64,000 nucleotides of DNA from Malacoraja senta. Its lineage: Eukaryota. Each line of letters opens with the position of its first letter. The first letter of the stretch is position 1. Both the position numbers and the translations under genes were made by a program. This document shows positions 11,004 to 24,753 of the stretch, piece by piece. Location: NCBI GenBank assembly GCA_038087875.1, contig JAXLNO010000114.1:1-64000 (forward strand), read 5' to 3'. Below the pieces are notes generated by a model. It did not search any database and was not told the origin of the DNA. It saw only the letters and a program-made list of their open reading frames with translations.

Positions 11004-14000
11004 ATTTTTATTTTATTTGTTTTAATTTTTATTTATTAGAAGTACATTACATTACAACCAATTACATTAGTACTCATCACGTATACCTTATTACAATTAA
11101 TGTACTCCGTCATTTTTTACACTGATAAAAAGGAAAGGAGATTAAGAAAAAAGAGGAAGTGAAGGTGTAAAAACGTGACAACAAGAAAGAACAGAGACCC
11201 TGTAGAAAAGAAATTAAAAAGAAAGGATTAAGAGATAGACCCTAAAGAAGAAAATAAAAGAGAAAGAGGAAAAAGAGAAAAACAAATACTTTATTATATG
11301 CATTACGCAAATGGGATATACCAACTCTCCAGCTTTCATCCCCATTTACCTGACCTCCATTTTTTTTAAAGTACTTTTGCACCCTATACTTGTAATAATT
11401 CTATAAATGCAGACCACGTCAGGTGGAAGTGATCTGGTTTACCTGCCAGGAGGAGTCTTTTCTCTTCTAGGTGTAATGTTTCAAACATATTTGAAATCCA
11501 CATGTTTATAGTTGGTATTGGAGCGTTTTTCCAGAATTTTAGGATTAACTTTTTTCCAGTTATTATCCCGTAATCAATTAATTTCTTTTGAAACACATTT
11601 AGTTCAGAACTATCTTCCGTTGTTCCGAAGATAATCCATTCTGCTTTTGGTATCAGTTTAATTTTAAATAATTGTGTAAAGATTTCAAAAATGTCAATCC
11701 AACATTTTTGAATTTTTGTACAAAAAACAAATGAGTGCGCTATAGTAGCTTCTTGAGATTGGCATTTATCACAAATGGATGATATATTTGGGAAAATTTT
11801 ATTAATTTTAGTTTTTGTATAATATAATCTATGTAAAATTTTAGATTATATTAAAGTATGTCTTACATTAATCGAACATTGATGCACACATAATAAATGT
11901 TCATTCCACCTTTCCTTTGAGATTTTAATAGCTAATTCTTGTTCCCAGTCTGTTCTAATACCTTCCGTAGATGGTATTTCTACATTTAAGATAATATTAT
12001 ATAAATATGATATTAAGTTTGCTGATTCAGCTTTTATCTGCATTGCTTCATCCAATACATCTGCTGGGATATTATAATGATCTTTTGTGTATTTTTTCAA
12101 ATAGTCACATATTTGAAAATATTAAAAATATTGATTATTTCCCAGTTTATATTTTATTTGTAATTGTTGGAATGATAGTAATTTTCCAGTTTCATACAAG
12201 TCACTGAACGTTTTAATTCCTAGTCTATCCCATTGTATAAAAGATTTGTCTGTAATAGAGGGATTAAACAAAGGGTTATTAACTATTGGAGATAAAAGCA
12301 ATAGATTTCTTAATTTTAAATTTTGTTTTATTTGTTTCCAAGTTCTGATTGTACTATGTATAATTGGATTTTGTTATAATTTATGTTATTCAGTTTCATT
12401 GGTGAGAGGAGGATCGCTCCAATGTTACCAGAGGAGCAGTCCCCTCTCTCCATTACAATCCAGTCCACTTGCTGGGCAGAGTTGTCCATCAGTTCGATCA
12501 TATTTTTAATATTTACTGACCAATAATAATACATGAAGTTAGGGAGTGCTAAGCCCCCTAATACTTTAGCTTTGTTCAAGTGTGTTCTTTGTATTCTATG
12601 GGATTTATAGTCCCATATAAAATTAGTAATGTCTGAGTCCAGTTTTTTTTAAACTTCTTTGGTAGGTATATAGGAATCGATTGAAATAGGTATAAAATTT
12701 GTGGTAAGAAGATCATTTTTATTGCATTTATTCGGCCTATTAAAGACATCGGAAGCGTTTTCCAAAATTTAATTAATGTATTAAATTTATTATGTAGATG
12801 ATCATAATTTGCTTTGAACATGCCTTGATATGTTCTGGTGATTTCAAACACCTAAGTATTTAAATTTTTCAGTAGCTGTTTTAAAAGGGAATTTTAAAAG
12901 ATGTGTTGAGTCTTTTGGTTTTATTGACATAATTTCACTTTTATTCCAATTTATTCTGTATCCAGAAACGGATCCAAAGTCCTCAATTAGATTTAATATG
13001 TTTGGTATAGTAATTTGAGGTTTTGTAATGTACAATAATATATCATCCGCGCATAAAGATATTTTATTATTTGAGTATTTAGTATTATACCCATGGATAT
13101 CTGGATGTGTTCTAATTTTTTCTGCTAAAGGTTCAATTATGAGAGCAAACAACTGTGGTGATAATGAGCATCCTTGTCTGTTTCCCTTTGATAGTTAAAA
13201 TTTCGAGGATAATATGTTATTAGTTAGTATTCTAGCTGTAGGTTTATTATATAATAATTTAATCCATAAAATAAAATTCTCTCCCAGTTGGAATTTTTGT
13301 AATACTTTATCCATATAATTCCATTCTACTTGGTCAAATGCTTTTTCAGCGTCCAGCGAAATAATTGATAATTCTTGTTCTTCAATTTTGTGTGAATGCA
13401 TTATATTGAGTAGACGTCTCATATTATTAGATGAATATCTCTTAGGGATAAATCCCGTCTGATCTGGGTTTATTAATTTACTAATATATTTACTTAATCT
13501 TCTAGTTAATGTTTTCGCTAATATTTTTTGATCTGTATTTAACAATGCTATAGCTCTATATGAACCCGGTTCTTCTATATCTTTGTCTTTTTTAAGTATT
13601 AGTGTGATCGTTGATTGAGCTAATGTATCAGGTAATATTTGTTTTTTTAAAGCATATTGATACATTTTTTGTAACCGTGGTATAATTTTGTCATAAAAGC
13701 TTTTGTAAAATTCATTAGTAAATCCATCAGGACCTGGAGTTTTTCCATTCTTTAATGAATTTATTGTGTCTTCTAATACCTTGATTGAAATTTGTGCACC
13801 CAATTCCTCTTGTTCTTTCAACTCTAACTTTGGAAGATTACAATTATCCAAGAACTCTGTAATTTTATTGGAGTCCGTTGTCGTTTTAGATGTGTACAAG
13901 TTCTCATAAAATTGCGCAAATCTTTTATTAATATCCTTCGGTATGGTTAGTAATTCCCCTCTATCTGATTTAATCTTTTGGATCGTATGTTCTTTTTCTC

Positions 14001-14830
14001 GTTTTTTTAGCTGACGAGACAAAAGTTTATGCGGTTTATCCCCAAATTCAATGTGTTCCTGTTTTGTAATTTGGAAAAGTCTTATAAGTTTGGCTGATAA
14101 TAGTTTATTTAATTTAAATTTCAAAATTATTATTTTATTATGTTTATCTATTGATGGATCTTTAGCATTATCTATATCCATTTGCATAATAAGTTCTTCT
14201 AACTGTCTTTGTTCATTCTTATTCTTTTAATTTTCAAAAGCTTGGTATGAGATTATGACAGCTTTAAAAGATTCCCATAGTAAAGTAGGCGATATATCTG
14301 GAGTGTCATTTATTTCAAAAAAGACGTCCATTTGTTCTTTTAAATATATACTCGCTTGCGGATCTTTTAGGATTTGAGAATTGAATCTCCAAAACGATTT
14401 ATTCTTAGACATTCCTTCCAGTTTTAAAAAGAAAGTTAGTGGTGAATGGTCTGAAATCGAATTTGTATGTTATGCTGGGTTCAGTGTGAGGGATTAATTT
14501 TGTATCCACCAGGAAATAATCTATACGTGAGTATGTTTTGTGTACCATTGAATAAAACGAGTATTCCCTGCCAGTCGCATTAGCAATTCTCCAAACATCT
14601 GCTATATTGGTATTGTTTATATAAGTATTTAAAAGTTCACTAGTTTTAGATTTCGTATTCCTCTCTGTTTTTGGCTTGATTTGTCTAAATACGGATCTAA
14701 AACACAGTTAAAGCCTCCTATTATAACATTTTGATAATTAAACTCTGCGATTATGTTCAGAATTTTATTGAAAAAATGAGGATTGTCAAAGTTAGGCGTG
14801 TATATCTGATTTAATCTTTTGGATCGTATG

Positions 14831-17533
14831 GAAGATATTACAGCAGTGCTTTGGGAGGATAGATTAGAGGGCTCGTCTAGGGAGGCTATTTGGGTGGAAC
14901 TGAGAAATGGGAAAGGTGTAGCAACACTTATAGGGGTGTATTATAGACCGCCAAATGGGGAGCGAGAATTGGAAGAGCAAATATGTAAGGAGATAGCAGA
15001 TATTAGTAGTAAGCACAAGGTAGTGATTGTGGGAGATTTCAATTTTCCACACATAGACTGGGAAACACATTCTGTAAAAGGGCTGGATGGTTTGGAGTTT
15101 GGAAAATGGGTGCAAGATAGTTTTTTGCAGCAATACATAGAGGTACCTACTAGAGAAGGGGCAGTGCTGGACCTCCTGTTAGGAAATGAGACAGGGCAGG
15201 TGGCGGAGGTATGCGTCGAGGAGCACTTCGGGTCCAGTGATCACAATACCATTAGTTTCAATATAATTATGGAGAGGGTCAGAACTGGACCTAGGGTTGA
15301 GATTTTTGTTTGGAGAAAGCCTAACTTTGAGGAGATGCGAAAGGATTTAAAAGGAGTGAATTGGGACATGTTGTTTTATGGGAAGGGTGTAGAAGAGAAA
15401 TGGAGGACATTTAAGGGTGAAATTTTAAGAGTACAGAATCTTTATGTCCCTGTTCGGTTGACAGGAAATAGTAAAAAATGGAAAGAGCCATGGTTTTCAA
15501 GGGAAATTGGACACTTGGTTCGGAAAAAGAGAGAGATCTACAATAATTATAGGCAGCATGGAGTAAATGAGGTGCTAGAGGAGTATAAAGAATGTAAAAA
15601 GAATATTAAGAAAGAAATTAGAAAAGCTAAAAGAAGATATGAGGTTGCTTTGGCAAGTAAGGTGAAAGTAAATCCAAAGGGTTTCTACAGGTATATTAAT
15701 AGCAAAAGGATAACAAGGAATAAAATTGGTCCATTAGAGAGTCAGAGTGGACAGCTATCTGCAGAGCCAAAAGAGATGGGGGAGATATTGAACAATTTCT
15801 TTTCTTCGGTATTCACGAAGTAGAAGGATATGGAATTATGTGAGGTAAGGGAAACAAGCAGAGTAGCAATGGAAACTGTGAGATTCAAAGAAGAGGAGGT
15901 GCGGACACTTTTGAAAAATATTAAAACGGATAAGTCTCCAGGTCCTGACAGGATATTCCCTAGGACATTGAGGGAAGTTAGTGTAGAAATAGCAGGGGCT
16001 ATGACAGAAATATTTCAAATGTCATTAGAAACGGGAATAGTGCCGGAGGATTGGCGTACTGCGCATGTTGTTCCGTTGTTTAAAAAGGGTTCGAAGAGTA
16101 AACCTAGCAATTATAGACCTGTTAGTTTGACGTCAGTGGTGGGCAAATTAATGGAAAGGATACTTAAAGATAATATATATAAGCATCTGGATAAGCAGGG
16201 TCTGATTGGGAACAGTCAACATGGATTTGTGCCTGGAAGGTCATGCTTGACTAATCTTCTTGAATTTTTCGAAGAGGTTACTAGGGAAATTGATGAGGGT
16301 AAAGCAGTGGATGTTGTCTATATGGACTTCAGTAAGGCCTTTGACAAGGTTCCTCATGGAAGGTCGGTTAAGAAGATTCAATTGTTGGGTATTAATGGTG
16401 GAATAGCAAGATGGATTCAACAGTGGCTGAATGGGAGATGCCAGAGAGTAATGGTGGATGGCTGTTTGTCAGGTTGGAGGCCGGTGACTAGTGGGGTGCC
16501 TCAGGGGTCTGTGTTGGGTCCACTGTTGTTTGTCATGTACATCATTGATCTGGATGATGGTGTGGAAAATTGGATTAGTAAGTATGCAGATGATACTAAG
16601 ATAGGTGGTGTTGTGGATAATGAAGTAGATTTTCAAAGTCTACAGAGAGATTTAGGCCATTTGGAAGAGTGGGCTGAAAGATGACAGATGGAGTTTAATG
16701 CTGACAAATGTGAGGTGCTACATCTCGGCAGGACAAATCAAAATAGGACGTACATGGTAAATGGTAGCGAATTGAGGAATGCAGTTGAACAGAGGGATCT
16801 AGGAATAACTGTGCATAGTTCCCTGAAGGTGGAATCTCATGTAGATAGGGTGGTAAAGAAAGCTTTTGGTGTGCTGGCCTTTATAAATCAGAGCATTGAA
16901 TATAGAAGTTGGGATGTAATGTTAAAATTGTACAAGGCATTGGTGAGGCCAATTCTGGAGTATGGAGTACAATTTTGGTCGCCTAATTATAGGAAGGATG
17001 TCAACAAAATAGAGAGAGTACAGAGGAGATTTACTGGAATGTTGCCTGGGTTTCAGCAACTAAGTTAGAGAAAGGTTGAACAAGTTAGGTCTTTATTCTT
17101 TGGAGCGCAGAAGGTTAAGAGGGGACTTGATAGAGGTCTTTATAATTATGAGCAGGTTAGACAGAGTGGACGTGGATAAGCTTTTCCCATTGAGAGTAGG
17201 GAAGATTCAAACAAGGGGACATGACTTGAGAATCAAGGGACAGAAGTTTAGGGGGAACATTAGGGGGAACTTCTTTACTCAGAGAGTGGTAGCTGTGTGG
17301 AATGAGCTTCCAGTGGAAGTGGTGGAGGCAGGTTCGATGTTATCCTTTAAAAATAGATTGGATGGGTATATGGACGGGAAAGGAATGGAAGGTTATGGTC
17401 TGAGTGCAGGTAGATGGGACTAGGGGGAAGTATTTATTTTTAATTTAAAAACAATTTTTTTTTTTAATGTTTGGCACTGACTTGAAGGGCCGAGGGCCTG
17501 TTTCCGTGCTGTTATGGTTATATGGTTATATGG
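14831..17533 (+). mobile_element. CR1 LINE (family 2), 5'-truncated, inserted in L1-A
   Basis: ORF2 EN/RT in ORFs 14819-15823, 15830-16684 (KYADDTK), 16688-17068 and 17076-17423. (TATATGGT)n tail. The L1 reading frame (PITLVNIY|TPNFDNP) rejoins across it. Confidence 0.95.
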
Positions 17534-17911
17534 TATATATTTACCAAGGTAATTGGAGTATCATGAATTTCTCCGGTAACTATCAAATATCTCCCTTCAA
17601 TGTCTGTTATGGTATTCTTTGCTTTGAATGGTATGCCTTTTCTAATAATGATTGACGTACCTCTAGATTTCGAAGTATATGAAGAATGATATATTTGACC
17701 TATCCATTTCGCCCTCAACCTAGCTTGATCCTGGGATTTTAGATGAGTTTCTTGTAAGAAAATGATGTCAGAATTGTACAGTTTCAGCTGAGCTAATATC
17801 TTACCCCTTTTAATAGGTTCATTAATACCTCTTATATTCCAACTGCAGAATGAGACTCCTCCTAGGTTCTTTTGTTTAACATCTTGCATTTTGAATAACT
17901 ATAATACCTGT

Positions 17912-18897
17912 AGATCTCGGGGGCGCTGTTCAGGCAGCAGCCATGTCAGCAGTGCGTCGGTTTTTTCAACTTTTTTTTATTTTTTAGTATGTTTTAGTGT
18001 GTATTTAATGTTTCTTTGTGTGTCTTGTGTGGGGGGTGGTGTGGGGGGGAAGGGGGAAACCGCTTCGGTCGCCTCCTCCATGGAGAGGCGACTTTTTCCA
18101 GGTCGCCTCCCCCGTGGCCCAACATCAAGGATCGGCGCGGCCTTTCCCGGAGACGTACCTGGCGCGGCATTCCCGGAGACGTGCCTGGGGCTTCAGCGGC
18201 GGGCGCAGCATGGACTCTCGGTGTGCAGCGGGTGAACCCTCGCTGGGGCTCGCTGGAGGGGAGCGCTCCGTTTCGCTGGCCCGGGGCAGCCGGCAGCCTG
18301 AAGTCGCAGCCTGAAGCAGCGTCTACAGCCCGGCATCCCTTGGGGGACCCGGGGGAAGTAGAAGTCATCACTGCCGGCCTGCTGCCAACTTCTACCGCGG
18401 GGCCGGCATGGACTTACCATCACCCCTGGAGGGGAGCTTCGACCGCCGGCCCTGCAGTCTACGGTGCCTCTGGCTGCGGCGGGGACTTTAAATCTTGACC
18501 GCCGGCCTGCGGCCTACAACAATCTAAAGCCGCGGTCTCCGGTGAGGAAGAGCCGATCTTGGACTGACTTTGGACTCTGGTCCTGTCCACGGGGGGAAAT
18601 GGAGGAGGACTGGCCAAATTTTTGTGCCTTCCACCACAGTGATGAATGCTGTGGTGGATGTTTGTGTTACATTTTGTGTGTTCTTTATTATTGTATCGCT
18701 GCTGACAACCGAATCCTTGCCGGGTCACTGCTCGTGCGGTCGACCGGTCGGTGCAGAGAGTAGCTTTGAATGTTTGTCTCTTCGTTACGTTGTTTGTGTC
18801 CCTTTCTTTAAAAAAAAAGCTACTGTAATGCGCCCTTTTAAATTGCCCCTTGCGGATGAATAAAGTGCTTTGAATTGAATTGAATTGAATGGAATTA
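17912..18897 (+). mobile_element. GC-rich non-autonomous retroposon with AATAAA-(TTGAA)n tail, inserted in L1-A
   Basis: GC-rich non-coding body within AT-rich L1 sequence. Shares the CCTTCCA(C/T)CACAGTGA hairpin core with 41279-41957 and 59040-59632. Confidence 0.65.
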
Positions 18898-19838
18898 AAT
18901 CTTGCGGTGCATCCATGTCCCAGGTCTTTGGGTATTGGGGGAACCTTTGCATTACTAAGTTTTGTTGGCATATCCCTTTTACGCTTATCACTAAACACAA
19001 AACACAAACATGTGACTTTATGTGGTAATAATAATAATTGAAAAAAAATTGAAAAAGTGAAAATACAGTGTCTAAAATGGTCGACACTGTAACAAGTGGC
19101 CCACCTGTAGGTGGGAGAAAATCTTGCTTCGACTTCCATTGTTGATGTTAAACAAATAACTCCACACCCTTGGTTAATCATAACATAATAGGACGGGACC
19201 TCACAATCAGATATATAATACAAATTTACCCTATATATTTCATTATAACATATCATATATATATCGCAATTTTAGCTACTAATTATTAAACGATTGATTT
19301 TACCTTCAATAATAAGCAACTGTTGGTTGAAGGGGTTAATGGAACGCGCTCCTGGACCTGAGCCAGGTGCTCGTTTCTCATCCCCTCCTCCCAGTTATAG
19401 ATAAGGTTTAGATTTAGTAAAAATTTATGTTAGTTCGTTATTTTTTTATTAGCGTCCGTTACTATTCTAGTTTAATATTGATAACTTGTTAAATTGTTAA
19501 GTTGTTAATAGGATCAATTCTTACAATTTGATTTAATATTATAATCTATTAAACAATTAATGCTTCTGGTATAGTCCATTCTCTTCGGTTTGGCTGTTTA
19601 CTTTGTTTGGAACCCAGAATGTCCTTGTTAAAATTCCACAGATAACCAGTCTCGCCATCCTAAACAAAACCTTACATCAAATGGTTCTGAGCTGCCAATC
19701 CTCCATTAACTGTGGAATTCTAATAATAAAGAAGTTTGTTCATACCATTAGATCTCTACTTTTCAACGATGCTCTGGGCGTATTTATACGCATCCTCCGG
19801 GTTTACAAATGATCTTTCACGTCCATTATGAGAGATGT

Positions 19839-19845
<7 letters not shown>

Positions 19846-19869
<24 letters not shown>

Positions 19870-22800
19870 ATTTTTATTAGAAGTACGGTAAATTACAGTA
19901 ATACACAACACTTATATCTTAATACATTTTTTATACCGCTTCATTTTTTTGAGCTTTAAGAGAAAGATAGAAGTAAGAAAAGTAAAGAAAGTGCGCAAGT
20001 CGTGAAGTGCAAGAGAGTGTTGGGAAAAGAAAGCCCCTTAGAAAAGAAGTTAGAGAAGGAAGTAAAGTAAGAAAGTAGGCCCTAGAAAAGAAAGAAAAAG
20101 AAAGTAGGAACAATCGCAGAAAGGGGACCACCAACCAAGTCTGTTTTTGTTGTTTTACCTCCCATTACCAGGTCCTGATACCATTTCTTTATTTATTTAT
20201 TTTTTAAATTACTATTGCACCTCATGCTTGTAATAGGTCCAGAAACGTAGACCACGTCTTTTGGAATTGGTCTGCTTTACCTGCTAAAAGGAATCTCATC
20301 TCTTCCAGATGTAATGTTTCAAACATATTTGATGTCCACATTTTTATTGTTGGTGTGGGCGCATTTTTCCAGAATTTAAGTATGAGCTTTTTTCCCATTA
20401 TTAGCCTGTAATTGAATAAATTCTTCTGATACACGTTTAATTCAGGGATACCTTCCGATATTCCAAAAATGATCCATTCTGGTTTTGGTACCAGTTTTAT
20501 TTTAATTAATTTTGAAAAAATATCAAATATTTCATACCAGAATTTTTGGATTTTTGTACAAAAAACAAAAGAATGCGCTATGGTAGCTTCTTGACATAGA
20601 CATTTATCACAGATTGGTGAAACATTAGGAAAGATTTTATTTAATTTAGTTTTTGAATAATATAGTCTATGTAATGTTTTGAATTGGATGAGCGTATGTC
20701 GTACGTTGATCGAACATTTATGCACCTGTAGTAAATGGTTATCCCAGCTCTCTTTTGAAATTTTTATAGCTAATTCTTGTTCCCAGTCTCTTCTAATTCC
20801 ATCTGTTGTGGGTATTTCTATGTTTAAAATGATATTATATAAGTACGATATTAGATTAGCTGATTCCGCCTTTGTCTTCATTGCTTCATCTAGTAAGTCG
20901 GAAGGCATATTATGATAGTCTTTTGTGTATTTTTTCAGATAATCACGAATTTGTAGATATTTAAAATATTGGTTATTTTTCAAATTATATTTCAGTTGTA
21001 GTTGTTGAAATGATAGTAATTTTCCCAATTCATACAGATCTTCGAGCATTTTGATTCCCATTCTTTCGCATTGTATAAATGATTTGTCTATGGTTGAAGG
21101 TTTAAACGATGGGTTATTAACTATTGGTATTGAGAGAGATAGGTTTCTTAATTTTAGATTCTGTTTTATTTGTTTCCATGTTCTAATTGTGCTATATATA
21201 ATTGGATTTTTATTATAATTTTTATTATTCAAATTTATTGGAGAGAGAATAATCGCTCCTATATTACTCGGGGAGCAGTCCCCTTTTTCCATTACAATCC
21301 AGTCCGCCTGCTGGGCAGAATTGTCCAGCAGGTGAATCATATTTTTAATATTTACTGCCCAATTATAATACATAAAGTTAGGGAGCGCTAGACCCCCTAA
21401 CTCTTTTCGTTTATTAAGGTGTACTCTTTGTATTCTATGGGATTTATAATCCCATATAAAATTTGTAATGTCTGAGTCCAATTTTTTGAAAAACTTTTTT
21501 GGGAGATATATAGGTATTGATTGAAATAGGTATAGGATTTGTGGTAAGAAAATCATTGTTATAGCATTTATTCTGCCTATTAAGGACATCGGAAGTGTTT
21601 TCCAGAATTTAATCATATTATTTAATTTCTTAAGTAAGGGATTATAATTGGCTTGAAACATATCCTGGTAATTTCTAGTAATTTCAATTCCCAAATATTT
21701 GAATTTTTCTGTAGCTATTTTAAAGGGGAATTTCCTGAGGTGTGTTGAGTCTTTTGGTTTTATCGACATAATTTCACTTTTGTTCCAATTTATTCTATAT
21801 CCTGAGAAGGATCCAAAGTCCTCAATTAAATTTAATATATTTGGTATATTAATTTGTGGTTTTGTGATGTACAATAGTACATCATCGGCATATAGGGATA
21901 TTTTGTTATTTGAATATTTTGTATTATAACCGTAAATATCCATGTGTGTTCTTATTTTTTCAGCAAGGGGTTCAATTACTAAAGCAAATAACAGCGGTGA
22001 TAATGAACATCCTTGTCTATTGCCCCTTGATAGTTCAAATTTCGAGGATAATATATTATTAGTTAGTATTCTAGCTGTAGGTTTGTTATATAATAGTTTT
22101 ATCCATGCAATGAAGTTCTCTCCCAATTGGAATTTTTGCAGTACTTTAATCATATAGTCCCATTCTACTTGATCAAACGCTTTTTCTGCGTCCAGTGAGA
22201 TGATAGATAACTCTTGGTCATGAGATTTATGTGAGTGCATTATGTTAAGCAAACGTCTCAAATTATTGAATGAATGTCTCTTAGGTATAAATCCTGTTTG
22301 ATCCTCATTTATTAGTCTACTAACATACCTGCTTAGTCTACTGGCTAGTGTTTTCGCTATTATTTTTTGATCCGTATTTAACAAAGCAATAGCTCTATAG
22401 ATCCTGGTTCTTCTATATTTTTATCTTTTTTAAGTATTAATATGATCGTTGATTCTGCTAGTGTTTCAGGTAAGTTTTGCTCTTTAAAAGCATATGTATA
22501 CATTTTCTGTAATCGTGGAGTAACTATGTCATAAAAAGATTTATAAAATTCATTACTGAATCCGTCTGGTCCTGGTGTTTTTCCATTCTTTAGTGTTTTT
22601 ATTGTGTCTTCTATCTCCTCAGAAGTAATTTGTGCTCCCAGTTCCTCTTGTTCCCTCAGTTCTAATTGTGGTAGGTTACAGTTATCTAAAAATTCTGAGA
22701 TTTTATTATTGTCTATTAACGTTTTAGATGTGTATAGATTCTGGTAAAATTGAGCAAATCTTTTATTGATATCCTTGGGTAATGTTAATAATTCCCCTCT

Positions 22801-23656
22801 GTCTGATTTAATCTTTAATATTGCATTCTCTTTTTCCCGTTCTTTCAGTTGGCGTGCTAGAAGTTTGTGGGGTTTGTCCCCGAATTCGAAGTGTTCTTGT
22901 TTTGTGATTTGAAATAATGTTATAACTTTCTCTGACAGTAATTTATTTAGCTTGAATTTCAATAGTAGGATTTTATTATGTTTATCCATAGTTGGATCTT
23001 TAGCATTACCTGTATCTAATTGTTTTATTTGTTCTTCTAAATGTCTTTGTTCATTCTTATTCTTTTTATTTTGATAAGCTTGGAATGAAATAATGGCTCC
23101 TCTAATAAATGCTTTGAAGGATTCCCATAATAACGTGGGGGAAATATCTGGTGTATCATTTATCTCAAAAAATAGATCCATCTGTTTTTTTAGATATATA
23201 CTCCCTTGTGGGTCTTTTCAAATTTGCGAGTTAAACCTCCAGAACGATTTATTCATAGACATTCCTTCTAGTTTTAAAACAAAAGTTAACGGAGAGTGGT
23301 CTGAGATCGCATTAGTGTGGTATTTAGGGTTCATAGTGTGCGGAATTAATTTTGTATCCACAAGAAAATAGTCTATCCGTGAGTATGTTTTATGCACCGT
23401 TGAATAAAACGAATAATCCCTTCCCGTCGGGTTTGCAATCCTCCACACATCTGCTATATTTGTGTTTTCCATATATGTATGTAAAAGTTCACTGGTTTTA
23501 GATTTCATATTACCTTTTTGTTTTTGCATCGATTTATCTAGATAAGGGTCTAAAACACAGTTAAAGTCTCCTCCAATTATAACATTTTGATAATTAAATT
23601 CTGCAATTATATTCAGAATTTTATTAAAAAATTGAGGGTTATCAAAATTGGGCGCA
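19846..23656 (-). mobile_element. 5'-truncated L1 LINE (element B) inserted in ORF1 of L1-A
   Basis: Poly(T) 19842-19864. ORF2 pieces 23218-23529, 22378-23181 and 20222-22384 (LDAEKAFD, RQGCSLSP, YADDVLL, C-terminal CxxC..H..C). TSD AGATG(T/C)GCATTTT at 19833-19845 and 23657-23669. Confidence 0.95.
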
Positions 23657-24581
23657 AGATGCGCATTTTAACTGGATAAAAAACACCGTATCTAACATCT
23701 TGTTTCCCTCTTAAAAGTTATTTTGCCTTTCAGAATTGATTTCTCTTTTGCACAATTTCATACGGATAGTCCCTGAATATTTTGATAATGTCGTTATCAA
23801 GCCTCAGTTGCACTCCATATTTGATTTTGCTCATCACCTCTTCCAGTTCTGAAATGTCTCGAAATTTCACAATAATCTGTCGTGGGTGGTCTTGTCTAGC
23901 TTGAGATCTCGGTTTAAATCTCGGTACACTGTGTGCCACTTCAATTTTCGGTTCTTTGGAGAGATTAAGCAGTTGTTTAAGTAAGCCCATGGCAAACTCA
24001 CAAATGTCCCTTCCTTCAGTTCCCTCTGAGACTCCAATAATTCTCAAATTCTGGCGTCTAGAACGGGCTTCCAGGTCCAGGCATTTATCTGAAATTCCGT
24101 GATTGTAGCCATATTTGCAGCTACTGTTTCAAGCACAGCCGTGAACCTGTCCGTAGTAACGTTTTCCATCTTATCAATTCTCCCCGATAGTCCATCTTTC
24201 ACATCATCAATTCGTTTATTTATAATGTCAAGTGAATCAATCACCTTCTGATTACCAGCATCAATAACCATTATATCGTTATATGGTAATAACCTTCTGA
24301 TTACCAGCATTCGTATCCAGCAACATCTTTTCGATTTTTTCCATCATTTTTTCCATCAGAGTTTTATTTTCATCCAGAATTTCATCTTTCATTTCTTTCA
24401 CTGATTTCTTCAAATCCTCAAATTCTTTATCCTTAGCCAGCTCTGTCTTAGATCTTGTATCCATTTCTGCAGCCACTTCAGGAACTTCAGAGGTAACTTC
24501 TCCTTCAGGATTCTTCAGGTTTTTCAGCAGCTGTTTTTTAACTGTTCTCCGAGGACTCTGAGCTGGAGACAGTTTTTTCAT
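23657..24581 (-). pseudogene. L1-A ORF1 (coiled-coil / RRM / CTD), disrupted
   Basis: RIIGVSEGTEG...PRQIIVKF...IFRDYP. YPVKMRI|SHNG rejoins across the L1-B insertion. Confidence 0.8.
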
Positions 24582-24753
24582 TTAAAAGTCCTCAAGCCAC
24601 CGTTTAAAACATCGCGCTTACTGATGACGTCATCAGCACAGCGACCAGAAGCTCCAGAAAGGTTTTTAAATCAATTCTAACTTATAGACCCGTTTTAACG
24701 CGATAAATCGCGGATCCACGTCTGTTAGTATAACATGGCACCACCGGAAGTCC

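Larger units (their letters stand above)
11004..24753 (-). mobile_element. Full-length L1 LINE (element A) interrupted by three insertions
   Basis: T-rich tail at 11004-11035. ORF2 pieces 11384-14805 and 17536-17889. ORF1 pieces ~19750-19832 and 23657-24581. The 5' end reads GGACTTCCGGTGG. TSD GCCTCGC(C/A)TTTT at 10992-11003 and 24754-24765. Confidence 0.9.

Noticed and set aside
19842..24753. A single full-length L1 with an internal deletion
   Set aside because: The 13-bp TSD at 19833 and 23657 shows that 23657-24753 belongs to the outer L1-A and that L1-B is a 5'-truncated nested insertion.
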